Assembly: GCF_030144855.1 (NCBI RefSeq)
Contig: NC_082712.1
Location: 90,086,001-90,150,000 of the forward strand
Direction: 5' to 3'
DNA from: Hypanus sabinus
Taxonomy: Eukaryota
DNA length: 64,000 bases
The position numbers and the translations under genes were made by a program. Of the stretch, positions 12,840 through 25,629 are shown piece by piece (position 1 is the first letter of the stretch; each line of letters opens with the position of its first letter). A model generated the notes under the pieces. The model was not told where the DNA came from. It did not search any database and saw only the letters and a program-made list of their open reading frames with translations.

Positions 12840-12950
12840 CTGGAATCTGGGAATCTGTTAATTCGTATATATTCCCCAAATGCTCGATTAGATTCCAGCC
12901 TGCCGCTCATTTGTGGTCAGCTCGCGGATTAAACATCAGTCAGTACTCAC

Positions 12951-12998
12951 CCCCGGGGAATTGTTATTCAGTCTATCAACAGCGTACCCTGAGCCCAT
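12951..12998 (-). pseudogene. Candidate degenerate leader exon for V copy C
   Basis: ATG at 12998, GTGAGT donor at 12945-12950, 111-bp intron to the V acceptor. Needs a frameshift and has a stop (AQGTLLID*ITIPR). Confidence 0.35.
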
Positions 12999-13209
12999 GG
13001 ATTAGATTTGAACTTATAACTCCTGAGTAGCTGCTGTTCAATATATAAACCTTCACAATCCCTGGGTTAGCTCCTACTCAGTATTTCACTTCTGGTGTCT
13101 GTTATTCCACGTAAAACTCATGATCCAGGATTAGTTTCCATCCCGTTTCTTTGCTCTTTCTGTGCTTTGTTTGTTCTCTGACTGTTTTTTAGGGTAGGAG
13201 AGAGACTGG

Positions 13210-14930
13210 ACTTGGGGGAGGGGGGTTTCATTTCTCAGTGCCTGTCATCCTTTTGTTCTTCACATAATTGAAGAATGCCTTGGGGTTTTCCTTTTCCCTA
13301 CTCGCCAAGGCCTTCTCATGCCCCCTTCTTCCTCTTCTCAGCCCCTTCTTAAGCTCCTTTCTTGTTACCATATATTTCTCAATAGACCCATCTGATCCTT
13401 GCTTCCTAAAACTCACATACACTGCCTTCTTCCACCTGACTAGAACCTCACCCATGGTTCCTTCACCCTACCATTCTTTATCTTCCTCACCGGGACAAAT
13501 TTATCCCTAACATCCTGCAAGAGATCCCTAAACATCAACCACATGTCCATAGTACATTTCCCTGCAAAAACACCATCCCAATTCACACCCGCAAGTTCTA
13601 GCCTTAAGGCCTCATAATTTCCCCAAATAAATTTTTTCCTGTCCTCTCTGATTCTGTCCTTTTCCATGATAATGCTAAAGGACAGGGAGCGGTGATCACT
13701 GTCCCCCAGATGCTCACCCACTGACAGATCTGAGACCTGACCCGGTCCATTACCTAATACTAGATCTAGTATTGCATTCCCCATAGTTGGCCTGTCAACA
13801 TACTGTGACAGGAATCCGTCCTGGACACACTTAACAAACTCTGCCACATCTAATCCCTTGGAACTAATCAGATGCCAATCAATATTAGGGAAGTTAAAGT
13901 CACCCATGATAACAATCCTGTTATTTTTGCACCTTTCCAAAATCTGCCTCCCAATCTGCTCCTCAGTATATCTACTGGTGCCAGGGGACCTATAGAATAC
14001 CCCCAGTAGAGTAACTGCTCCCTTCCTGTTCCTGACTTCCACCCATACTGAATCAAAAGATGATCCTGCTACATTACCCACTCTTTCTGTAGCTGTGTTT
14101 GTATCCCTGACCAGTAATGCCTCCCCTCCTCCCCTTTCCCCCCTCTCTATCCCTTTTAAAGCACTGAAATCCAAGAATATTGAGAATCCATTCCTTCCTT
14201 GGTGCCAGTCAAGTCTCTGTAATGACCACTACATCATAATTCCATGTATGTATCCAAGCTCTCAGTTCACCACCTTTGTTCCTGATGCTTCTTGCATTGA
14301 AGTACACACATTTTAGCCCTTCTGCCAAACGACCTTTATTCTGCTTCTCTTTCCTCAAAGCCTCTCTATATGTTAAATCTGGCTTTACTCCATGCACTTC
14401 TTTCACCGCTCTATCGCTTCGGGTCCCACCCCACTTGCAAATTAGTTTAAACCCTCCCGAACCATGCTGGTGGAAACGGTTGGCTATTCGGAGGAGGGAG
14501 CGAGGAGTGGGTTTGGGAGTTGGAGAGGCGACTACTTACCCACGGACAGCTGTATTAACAACAGACAGAGCCTGTCGTCGCCACCACCAGTTCCCCCTCC
14601 CTGGACCTCATCCTGTTCTTCGGTGACACTGATTCAGCCTCACACCTCCTCATTCACTGAGTCACTCCTTCTGCTTTCCTCAGTACCCCGACTCTACCAC
14701 CTACTATTGGGTCACCCCTCGGGTCATTCCCCTTGCTCCTGCCCCTGGCTACCACCTCCCCGCGATCAGAGAAACGATGCAGCAGCGACCTCCAGTCGCG
14801 GAGACGCACTCACTGGCTGAATACCGCACAGAGACCCACACCCGGCACACTGGGCCGTCCATTAAGGATCGGATAGGAGGAGAGCGGAGCCACTTACGTC
14901 GGGGTTCGTTGCACCATCCCGAAGTCAGTT
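13210..14930 (-). mobile_element. CR1-type LINE: 5' region and ORF2 apurinic endonuclease
   Basis: ORFs 14209-14406 (LKCVYFNARSIRNK..YDVVVITET) and 13440-14174 (GVFYRSP..IMGDFNFPNID..LDLVL..GDSDH). Confidence 0.9.
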
Positions 14931-14961
14931 TTCAGCTCCCATTGCGGAGGAGTGTCTAAAG

Positions 14962-15444
14962 CAGGGGTTCCCAACCTGGGGTGCGAGATGGAATTTCAGG
15001 AGGTGCGACAAAGAGTGGCTTGCGTGCTTGAATGACGAGACACGAGTCATCACTCAGCCAGCTGCCAGTGTGCCTTGAGAAGTGGTAGTAATGTTTGTCC
15101 CAAGCACACTCCGGTCTCCCGCTGCCCGAGTCAGCGTTGAGGATTCTCATCAGTGTTACCTGGGAAGTTACACCTCGGGGTTGAGGAGTATCATCAATTT
15201 ACTGTTTACAATTTTTCTGAATAAATTAGAACCTAATTGCTCAATTTATATTTGCATTTTATGCACTGAGTTAAAAGCTTATTTTTTTTAAGTTCAATTT
15301 GTTCACCCGCAGTATTGTATGTGGTTCAAAAATTAGAAATTAGACTTCTTCATCTTCAAATGTGATATTACTTTTGTAAGGGGTGTGAATATTAATCAAA
15401 CATTTCCTAGGGGTGTGGGGCATAGAAAAGGTTGGGAACCACTG
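14962..15444. mobile_element. hAT (Charlie/Buster-type) MITE, 483 bp
   Basis: TIRs CAGGGGTTCCCAACCT / AGGTTGGGAACCACTG and a perfect 8-bp TSD GTCTAAAG (14954-14961 and 15445-15452). Confidence 0.95.
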
Positions 15445-16704
15445 GTCTAAAGCGAGCAGAGAATATTCTGTCGACAAGCGAGCACAGAAAATAGAACACA
15501 GAACAGTACAGCAAAATGTTGTGCCGACTTTTTAACCGAGTCGAACATCAATCTACACTTTTCCTCCCACATGGTCTTCCATTTTACCATCATTACTGTG
15601 CCTGTCGCAGACTCTTTTAAATGTCCATAATAATCTGATTCTACAACACCCCTGGCGGCGCAGTGTCGTGTATATCAAACAACTATTTTGTGATATGTTC
15701 TTATGCTTTCTTACAATCACATTAAAATTATGCTCGCTCGTATCAACCACTTATGCCCTTAAATTGTATTTGAATCTTTTTGTTCCTGCAGTTTCCCTAC
15801 ACTTGCTTTTATATTTGTACGAGCACCTGTTTGTCTGTAGATAGTTACATTTCCTTGTATGCAAGCCTGATATGTCCTTGTTGCAAAGATGTTTCCTGTT
15901 AGGGAGGACTCCCGTGTCAAACCAGTTTCAATTAGGTTACTCTGTAAAGGGGAAGAGCGGGTCGCTCGTCCTTTGTTAGTTCCCCTATGTGCCTTTTTGA
16001 TGTTGCGTTGCTGTTTCAAACTGACATTGCTTAGCCTGTAAGCTGATGAGCATCTAACAGACCTAGCAATAAGTTTCTCACCTCATTCGTGACCTCTGAA
16101 GAAAATTCTGTACGATATGTCATCCCCAGATACAACAGCACTTCCGGTAACTAACGCTGTCTGTCCCTCTGCTTCACGAAAGTCCATCCCTCCCTCTCGC
16201 GGAGAACTCCTGGAGATGTCTGCAGACTCTCCGTTTGCAACACATCCACGGGCAGAGGAGGTGCATAATATGACCCCAACAGCACATCTAACTGATGGAT
16301 GAGCATAATTTGTTCTGAGAGCATCTGAGACATTTCTTCCCCATTAACCATTCCTCCGCCGCCATCACTGCAACCGATAGCCGATATAAGGAATTAGAGG
16401 TTGAAATGCGGGTCCTCAATTGTAGTAATCTCTGGATTTCTGCCTCTGCCAGGTGTCAGTGAGAGACTGGGCGTATAAATTGGATGGTATAGCAGTTGAA
16501 TGAGTGGCTGAGGAATTGGTGCATGGAATAAAATTGCACGTTTGTGGATGATTGCGATATCCTCTGTGCATTATTTGGCATGTACAAATTGGACACATTA
16601 CGTCAGAACGAGAGACAGTAAGTTCCTTGCAAGCAATTTTGCTGGAGCTGTTGTTGAGGGTTCAAACAGGTTTGCGAGGGTTTGGGAACCAGAGACTTGT
16701 GTCA

Positions 16705-16875
16705 ACTGATGGGACGGTTTGTGCCGACCGGACTTCGAGGCGACTGGTACCGGGTTCGAATCCCGCCGGCAGCTTGCACGCTTTCCATCTCGGCTGGGTC
16801 GAGCTTCGAGCTAGCGACTCAGCCTCGCAAAAAAACAAAAAGAACAGACGAAAACGGCAAGGTTGCTGCCAGATC
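16705..16875 (+). mobile_element. tRNA-derived SINE fragment
   Basis: Pol III B box GGTTCGAATCC near 16753, followed by a SINE body and A-rich stretch; no complete cloverleaf. Confidence 0.55.
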
Positions 16876-17182
16876 CTCCACAAAACAAAAGGAACATTAA
16901 TCAATTATTTTTATCTTTTTATGTAAAGGTAGACTCGGTGTGTGAGGAAGGATGGGGAGCGGATAGGGCATAAATGCAATCATTTGGATGGGTTTATATG
17001 TGTTTAGTGTGAGGCGGTCGCCATAAGCAACACCTTCCACAAGTTGAGAAGAAATAGGATCTCAACCCAGCTGCTGAATGAATCCAATTTGGTCTCAGCC
17101 TCTCAGGGATATTTTGCTGTGTTACTCGAATGCAATCTAGAATATTATAGTACATTCTGCATTTAGAGGCTGACCATCTCAC

Positions 17183-17480
17183 CTTTGTGTTGCGAGTCTC
17201 AGGATGCCCCAGTTCGGAGACGTCACACAGAAGCAGTGGAAAGCTGCGGCACTGCCTCGGGACGGGAGTCCCACAGGCGTCCCGCTCAAAGCGAGTCTGA
17301 CCCTGAAACCAGCAGCTGAGTGTTCCACTAGCTTTCGGGATATGCTTTTAGGAAGTTCGGAATATGTCAGTGAACGTTGGCTGTGGGTTTCACAACGGGA
17401 GGGTGCACCGGAGAATCACACTGTGCAAAATCTTCCATCAGCCTGACTCACAGAGAATGTCAGAGTCCAAGTCCAGTTCA
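17183..17480 (-). pseudogene. Highly degenerate IgV exon, NKp30-like
   Basis: AG acceptor and GTGAGA donor. Across frameshifts: TFSVSQ, QC..ANVH*(W), LVEHSAAGFRVRLAL, ERDA, LCDVSELGH. Confidence 0.4.
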
Positions 17481-20400
17481 CTGCCACACGCGTAAGTTTA
17501 TGTTTGCACGGGTGCCATGAAAACTGTCTTACACAAACTAGCATCCGATAAGCAGCATTCACAAGAAAAACACTCTTTAAACAGAGATTATATACAGTTA
17601 CAACTAAAAAGAACACAATTCAGTGGAAAATTAAGACTATTTTTGTGCAACGTCACAGTGGCTAAAATGTTGCTGAGCTCTCGTGGTGAGGGTTGTGCCG
17701 CCTGGCTGAAGTACCGAATGGGTAAAAGGAAGCAGGTCTGTATCAACCTGGTGATGTGAGATTTCGGGCTTCTGAACCTCCTGCCCGATAGTAGCTCTGA
17801 GGAGCTGGGATGGCCCGGGTGGTGGGTATTTTTGATGTTGTATTCTTGAGGCAGGGCCTCATGTAGATTTTACCAATGGCGGAGAGTGATGTGCCCGTGA
17901 TCTCCATTAATACATTTCACTATATAAATGTGTGTGGGGGGAGGGGGAGATAGAAAGCTAGCTAATAGCTGAAATGTGAAGCCATTTGGGCGGGAAAGGT
18001 GTCTGCAGAAGAAGGCGCCTGATGGGAGAATAGAGTGGACCATGGGAGAAAGGGAACAAGAGTGCTGGAGGATTGGAGGATAGCTCATGTTGCTCCGTTG
18101 TTTAAAAAAGGCTCTAAAAGTAATCCGGGAGTAAATAGATGGTAGCTTGACGTCGGTAGTAGGCAAATTATTGAAAGGAGTACTAAGAGATAGGATAGGA
18201 TAAGATAGGATAGGATAGATAAGAGATAGGATCTACAAGTATTTAGATAGACAGGGACTTATTAGGGAGAGTCAACACGGCTTTGTGCATGGTAGATCAT
18301 GTTTAACAAATGTTTTTCGAGTTTTTTAACTAGAGTTTTTCGAAGAGGTAACCAGGAAAGTGGATGAAGGGAAGGCAGTGGATGTTGTCCACATAGACTT
18401 CAGTAAGGCCTTTGACAAGGTCCTGCATGGGAGGTTAGTTAGGAAGATTCAGTCACTAGGTATACATGGTGAGGTAGTAAATTGGATTAGACATTGGCTT
18501 ATTTGGAGAAGCCAGCAAGTGGTAGTGGAGGATTGCTTCTCTGAGTGGAGGCCTGTGACTAGTCGTGTGCCACAGGGATCAGTGCTGGGTCCATTGTTAT
18601 TTGTCATCTATATCAATGATCTGAATGATAATGTGATAAATTGGGTCAACAAATTTGCTGATGATACAAAGATTGGATATGTAGTGGACAGTGAGGAAGG
18701 TTTTCAAAGCTTGCAGAGGGATCTGGACCAGCTGGAAAAATGGGCTGACAAATGGCAGATGAAGTTTAATACAGACGTGTGAGGTATTGCACTTTGGAAG
18801 GACAAACCTAGGTAAAACATACAAGGTAAATGGTAGGGCACTGAGGAGTGCAGTAGAACAGAGGGATCTGGGAATACAGGTACAAAATTCCCAAAAAGTG
18901 GCGTCACAGGTAGATAGGGTCATAAATAGAGCTTTTGGTATGTAGTGTTCTCGTACAGGTGTAGAAACTCTGAACTAAACACCAAGGTAAACTGTAGTCA
19001 ATGAAGGCACGATTGCAATAAGATTACCCGTTTACTGTTCACTCTTCCACATTAACATATGGTGAAAAGGCGTTGCTTCTATGATGTTTCTAAGTGCATA
19101 GAAATGGAACTTTTCTCACGCTGATCCTGCACAAGCCCCCAACTTTCCCTTTCTCCAAACCAGTATTTTCCCACAAGACACGGCAAAGCCGGTTGTGACG
19201 TCATCGCATGCCGCGATACAACACAGATAATGAATTTACTTTCAACAACCTTAACTTTAACTAGAAAATAATTACAAATGAATTACTAAAGCAAAAATAT
19301 AATAAAGCTAAACAAATGCCTTAAGGGCAAAACACTCCCTGCCCGACCTTCGTAAGGTCACTATGAACATGATATAAAACTTCAATCTCTAAATCAGTCT
19401 TTAGGTAGAAGTGGAACGACTTCTGCAACTGGCCTTTGGTAAGTTTTCACATCACCTTGGTCAGAAGTTTTTAACTCAACCTTCCTGACATGTCCATTCC
19501 TACCAGGGAATGTGGCAGTGATTCTGGCCATTGGCCAGCAGTTGCGGGCAATCTGCTTGTTCCTGAGGAGGACTAAATCTCCAACTTGAAGATTCCTGCG
19601 AGGCTCTGTCCACTTTTGTCTGTGTTGCAACAAAGATAGATATTCATGTCTCCAATGGGACTAGAACTGATTTGCGAGAGCCTGAACCTGTCTCCATTGT
19701 ATAAGTCTGAGAAGTCCCCAGGTGGAGGGAGAACTCCTGCCTTCTGTGTAAGGAGCATTAATGGCGAGAGTATGATGGGGCTTTCCGGGTCAGAAGAGAT
19801 AGGTAGTAGTGGTAGTGCATTTATAATGGCTGTGACCCCTGCCATTAGTGTGCACAGTACTTCGTGGTTCAGTCGGGTGCGTTGCTGCAGAAACATTGAA
19901 TCAAGGATCCTTCTGGCAATACCAATCATCCGCTCCCATGAGCCTCCCACGTGAGAGGCGTGTGGTGTGTTGAACTCCCAGTTGCATCCCTGCTCACTGC
20001 GGTACCTTTGCACCATTTTGTCCATCCCCAAGCTCCTTGGATGCTCCAACGAAGTTCGTGCCGCAATCAGACCTTAACTGTTTTGCAGGGCCTCTTAGTG
20101 CAAAGAAGCACCTGAGAGCGTTAATACAGCTGGATGTATCCAAAGATTCGATTACCTCAATGTGTACCGCTCTCGAACTCATGCAGCTGAACATGATGGC
20201 CCACCGCTTGCTCTCTGCTTGTCCTCCTCTGGTGTGTCTTGTAGTGATAGTCCAGGGACCAAATACATCGAGTCCCACATACGTAAAAGGAGGGCAGGCA
20301 TTGAGGCGTTCTGGTGGGAGGTCCACCATACGTTGAACTTCCAGCTTCCCTCTCAGTTTCCTGCAGGTTACACATCTGTGGAGTACTGAATTGATCAGTA

Positions 20401-20676
20401 TTTTGCCTCCCAAGATCCATAGTTCCGCTGCCCTGATTGCTCCCTCTGTCAGCTGTCGGCCCTGATGCCTTACCTGTTCAAGGTGATGGCATGTGAGCAG
20501 TAAAGACACATGGCTGTCTTAGGGCAGGATTACTGGACTCTTTTCTGCAGCTGAAAGGTGAGAGTGTATTAACCAGCCTCCAATGCAAATAAGATCATTC
20601 TTCGGGATCAGGCTGAGTTTCCTCAAAGGACTGGCCTTTGGTATTGGTTTATTAGCTTGGAGGACCGAAAACGCCC

Positions 20677-21819
20677 TGTGGTGGTACAGTCCGAAGTCCG
20701 TGATCTGGTCCACGGACTCCGGGTTTTCTGGCGGTCCCTTGCTGCGGTTGGACTTAACCAGAAACACCTGAGGCTCATATTGGAACTGGGAATATAAGTG
20801 GCCCTGGTATTGAGTGTGGGTGGGAGTTGTCTCGTTGAGATACAGATGGCTGATGGAAGGCTAGAATGGACTCTGCCATCCTTGGGGCCGCGTTGGAGAA
20901 CCACGGCTTCTGGGAGTCTTGCTGGTCGTAGTTGGAGTGGTCATTGTGGTATGGATTCAGCTGTTTCCCGGGCCAGCTGGGTGGCCGTCAGCCACTCTGA
21001 GCTAGGTAGGGATCCGGTTGCTTCTGTAGCCAGACAAGGCTGCTGGTCGTAATGGCTACTTGAAGCTACCCTGGTGCCGAGGTGGAACTGTCTGTCATTC
21101 CTTGGTGTTTGTCTCTTCCTGTCCTTGCCCTATGGGATAAGTCCAGCCATTCTGCCTTTGCCCTGTGCGGGGATCTGTCTTGACCTCATCCCCCCATGGG
21201 GTAAGTCAGGCTTTTCTGCTGTTGCCCTGCGGGGGATCTGTCTTGCCTTGTCCTCGCCTCCATGGGGTATGTCAGGCTGCTCTGCCGTTGCCCTGTGGGG
21301 GGAATCTGTCTTGCCTTGTCCTCGCCTCCGTGGGGTATGTCAGGCTGTTCTGCCGTTGCCCTGTGGGGGGAATCTGTCTTGTCTTGTCTTTGCCTCTGTC
21401 GGGTAGGTCAAGCCGTTCTGCCGTTAACCAATGGATGGTCCTGCCCCACCTTGGTGTGGAGTTATAGAAGAGTCCTGGCTCGTTGGAGGATAATTCTGGC
21501 TCCATGTTGAAGTACAGTTCCTAGTCTGCCCCTAGCTCCAGCCTCAAGCCTCGACCCAAGCCTGCAGCCTCCAGCCTCGTCACGTCCTCGCCTGGGTTTG
21601 GGGGTCTGGGCCCGAGGCAAGACCCAGGTTCTGGGTCCTTGTCCAGTCTCGGGTTCAGAGTCCACCCCAGGCTCCTTGTTCCCAGTCCCTCGTCCTGGTC
21701 CTGCTTTCCCTGCCTAGACTGCATCCTGTCCCGTCCCTGGGTTCTGTCTCGTCCTGTTTCTGGGACTCCAGTGTCTGTGTCCTGCAGTTGCGTCCTGATT
21801 CAACACACAACTTCTGACA
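20677..21819. mobile_element. Nested solo-LTR-like element (1143 bp) inside BEL pol
   Basis: TG...CA ends with 5-bp TSD CGCCC/CTCCC (one mismatch); removing it restores the BEL frame AFARE|FSVLQANKP. Confidence 0.8.
21105..21430. repeat. 68-bp tandem repeat, about 5 diverging copies
   Basis: Unit TGTCTTGCCTTGTCCTCGCCTCC...GGGGAATC recurs at 21239, 21307 and 21375. Confidence 0.9.
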
Positions 21820-24800
21820 CTCCCTTGCGAAAGCTGCTCTTTGAGTTGCTTTAAGGATGACGTCCTTTGCCTGGGCCAATTCGTCTGCAGTGTGAGGTAA
21901 ATCACATTTGTGCTATCCCTTGCATTTACTATTTCGGGATAAGTGTTTGTAGGATCTCCTCATGTGAATGAGGAACGCAAATCCTCTCACTAAGGAATTC
22001 AAAGTGGAGAATTGCTGAAAGCGTTCGATGGTACGTATTGATTCTTCCAGGTAGATGACACCAGTTATTTGCGGCCAAATTTCCGAGTCTCTTTCGGGTT
22101 CGATCAGCTCAAATGTCTTGCTCGTTTAAGTTTTATCCACTGATGGAGCAAGTTTATTATCATGCTCAGGTTGAGCGAAGACTGACTGTCCCAGTGTCTT
22201 CTCGGTTACTTTACTACACTTGTTAAAGCCTTGTCATGCTTCCTTGATACACATAAAGTTTGTGCAGGGTGGAAAAATTGAATGGCGGCCACTCTCTAGC
22301 ACATTGGTCTTGACTGTGTTAACTGTCGGTTTGTGTACATTGCCAAGGCACACCTCTCCTATCACCACCCAGCCCAGGTCCAGGCGTGGGGCAAAGGGGG
22401 AGTCGTCTGGTCCATTGACCTGCTGCCTAACCTTGTGCACCTGGAGAACGTCTCTTCCGAGTAGCAGGAGTATTTCTGCTTTTGGGTCCAGTTCTGGGAT
22501 GTGCTTGGCAATGTGGTGGAGATGAGGCTGGTGTCGCACTGCGCTTGGCGTCGGAATCTCGGTGTGGTTATTCAAGATTTCATTGCACTCTAAGAGCGGA
22601 GGGAGACAGATGACAACTTTACCATCCAGTGACTCAAGCTGGAAGTCTGTCTGCCTTCCTGCCATATGTTTCCACGCTGCCTGAGCAAGTTCTAAGGTAG
22701 TATGGGAACTGAATACTCTCTACATTGAACAAGTCAAAGAACTCTGGTCTGACTAGTGAGCGATTGCTCTGGTTGTCCAGAATTACATAGGCTCTGATGG
22801 CCTTGTCTTTGGCTCCTTTAGGGTATACCTTGGTGAGGCAGATCTTTGAGCAAGAACGGCTTGACTGACCTTGACCGCAAACTTTTGTGCAGCTCGAGCT
22901 GACTACAGTTGGCTTGGGGTGATCCTCTCCCTCCCCGCCGTCCTCTTGTGAGGGTGAAGGAGCTTTGTCAGTTTGCGGTAATGGGCTGGGATGCATGGCC
23001 CCTTCATGACTAGCGCTGTTGCATTCTGAGCACTTTACGGGGATCGTACACTCTCTAGCGAGGTGAGAGGTAGAGGAATAGCATTTAAAACATATTCTTT
23101 TCTCCTTGAGAAGGGCCATTCTGTCTAAGGTTTTTTTCTAAACGTTCTGTATTTTGAGGGTGTGGGGTTTGTTGTGCAATGGACAGTTCTTGCTAGGGTC
23201 ATTGTTAGTTGTAGAGACTTCAGTTTTATGCACTGAGACAGGTTTATTAATGTTAAAATTATTCGAAGTGGATTTGACTGGCTTGGTGTGAATTGTACTG
23301 CTACCTTGACTCATGAAGCTAGGGTCATTTTGCTTCTTCGCCTCCTTGCACACAAACCTAGTGAAATACTTAAAGGGAGGAAATCGACCACCGTTCTCTT
23401 CCTTGTACTCTGAGCCAACAGACACCCACCTTTCCTGCAGCCCAAATGGAAGTTTGTCCATGATTGGTCTAATTCCATATGAAGTATCTAGATATGACAG
23501 GCCAGTTAAATAGCCTTTAGCGCCTTCAACCTCCATGAGTAAATCTCCAAGTTCTCCTAATTTAGTATGGTCCTTGGCTGACACTCTAAGAAAGTTTTCC
23601 AGCCATCGAAATAGTGCCGTTTCAATGATTTCAGGGGCCACATAGCACTCCCGAAGTCTCTCCCATGCTTTGCGTAAGGCTAGCTTGGGGTTGTTGATGT
23701 ACACTGAACGTATGTGTCTCACCTGTTCACATGATTCTTTTCCCAGCCACTTCATCATAAGATCCAACTCTTGGGTTACTTCCAGCTGGACTCCGCCGGT
23801 TGCATTGGCGAATGAGAAGTACCATGCACGGTAATTTTCAGGTTTATCGTCGAACTGGTATAGTCCTGACGTGACGAGATCTCGTCGTGCTAAATACTGT
23901 GCCATGGGTTCAACTGCAAGTGGCATGCTGGCTGGGGGAATATGTCGGCGGGTATATGACTGAGGGTGTACATTTGTTATGGGATTTGCTGTTCTGAATT
24001 CAGCCTTTGCCTCTTCTCTCGCCAAATCCGGTAAGTTTGGTGTCGAGAAGTATTTGTCATCAACCTTTTCATTCTTGAGTTCATCGCAAGGTTGCAAGCG
24101 TAAATTGTCTTCCTCGTGAAATGGGACGTAGCAAATCAGTATGGAGAGGAAGAACGAATCTTCGGGTCCATTTGAGATCGGGCATATTCGCTAGTGCGTT
24201 CCAATCTGGTACTTTCTGAAGTAGATTTTACTTCATCTAGAACATGCATTTCTTCAGCACTTTCTAATATCTCTGCTTCCACCCTAGCAGCTTCGGCTTC
24301 TCGGTGTAGCGCCAGCACTTCTAACTCTGCTTCTATCCTTGCCTTTTCCAACTGGTTTTCGGCCTCTCTGGCAGACTTTTCCATTTTCAGTTTTGCTTCT
24401 TGTTCGGCGTACGACACTCGCACCTTGGTGATTTCTGCTTTAGCTCTTGCCTGGGCAGCCCTGCTGATTCTGATGCCCTACTGCTCCTGGCGCTGGATGG
24501 CAACGATTTGACACTTGATCGCGTGGCCATCATACCACATGTCAAAACAACTGATAATGCCGGCTTTTCACTGTAGTGTTCTCGTACAGGTGTAGAAATT
24601 CTGAACTAAATACCAAGGTAAACCGTAGTCAAAGGCACGATCGCAGTAAGATTAACCGTTTACTTTTCACTCTTCCATATTAACATATGGTGAAAGGGTG
24701 TTGCTTCTATGATGTTCCTTAGTGCGTAGAAATGGAACTTTTCTCAAGCTGATCCTGCACACACAAGCCCCCGACTTCCCCTTTCTCCAAGCCGGTATTT

Positions 24801-25629
24801 TCCCACAAGATGCGGCAAAACCGGGTGTGACGTCATCGCATGCCGCGATACAACGCAGATAATGAATTTACTTTCAACAACATTAACTTTAACTAGAAAA
24901 TAATTACATTTTTGCTTTAGTAATTAATTTGTAATAAAGCTAAACAAATGCCTTAAGGGCAACACATGGTACATTAGCCTTTTAAAATCAAAGTATTGAG
25001 TACAAGAGTTGGAATGCTATGGTGAGGTTGTATAAGGCATTGGTGAGGCCGAATTTGGAGTATTGTGTGCAGTTTGGTCACTAAATTACAGGAACAATAT
25101 TAATATGGTTGAAAGAGTGCACAGAACGTTTACAAGGATGTTGCTGGGACTTGAGAAACTGAGTTACAGAGAAATGTTGAATAGGTTAGGACTTTATTCC
25201 CTGGAGTGTAGAAGAATGAGGGGAGATTTGGTAGAGGTATATAAAATTAAGATGGGTATAGATAGAGTGAATGCAAACAGGCTTTTTCTACTGAAGCTAG
25301 GGGAGGAAAAAACAGAGGACATGGGTTGAGGGTGAAGGGGTAAAAGTTTAAAGGGAACATTAGGGGGGGCATCTTCACACAGAGTGGTGGGAGTGTGGAA
25401 TGAGCTGCCAGATGAAGTGGTAACTGGGGTCTCACTTTTAACATTTAAGAAAAACTTGGACAGGTGCATGGATGAGAGGTGAATGGAGGGATATGGTCCA
25501 GTTGCAGGTCAGTGGGACTAGGCAGGAAAATGGTTCAGCACAGCCAAGAAGGGCCAAAAGGTCTTTTTTCTGTGCTGTAATGTTCAATGGTTCCGAGAAG
25601 GTGTACTAGTTTGAGGTGATAGGCAGGTG

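Larger units (their letters stand above)
18941..24966 (-). mobile_element. BEL/Pao LTR retrotransposon, RT/RNase H deleted, with nested solo LTR
   Basis: LTRs 18941-19334 and 24572-24966 (TGTAG..ACA, highly similar); 5-bp TSD TGGTA; purine tract next to 19335. Gag with CCHC knuckles (CPLHNKPH, CFKCYSSTSHLAREC), protease YVILDNQSNRSL, integrase HHCC plus D,D,E (GLDVFGP, RSDCGTNF, GSWERMI). Confidence 0.95.
18050..25580 (+). mobile_element. CR1 LINE RT plus 3' end, split at 18940/24967 by the BEL insertion
   Basis: ORF 18360-18782 has DFSKAFDKV..GVPQGSVLGP-like and FADD motifs; the sequence resumes exactly after the TSD (ORF 25063-25329). Confidence 0.9.

Noticed and set aside
16705-16780. tRNA gene
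   Set aside because: Only a B box is present and it runs into a SINE body; no complete cloverleaf.
17638-17660. RSS-like CACTGTG..ACAAAAAT on the minus strand
   Set aside because: Spacer is only 7 bp.
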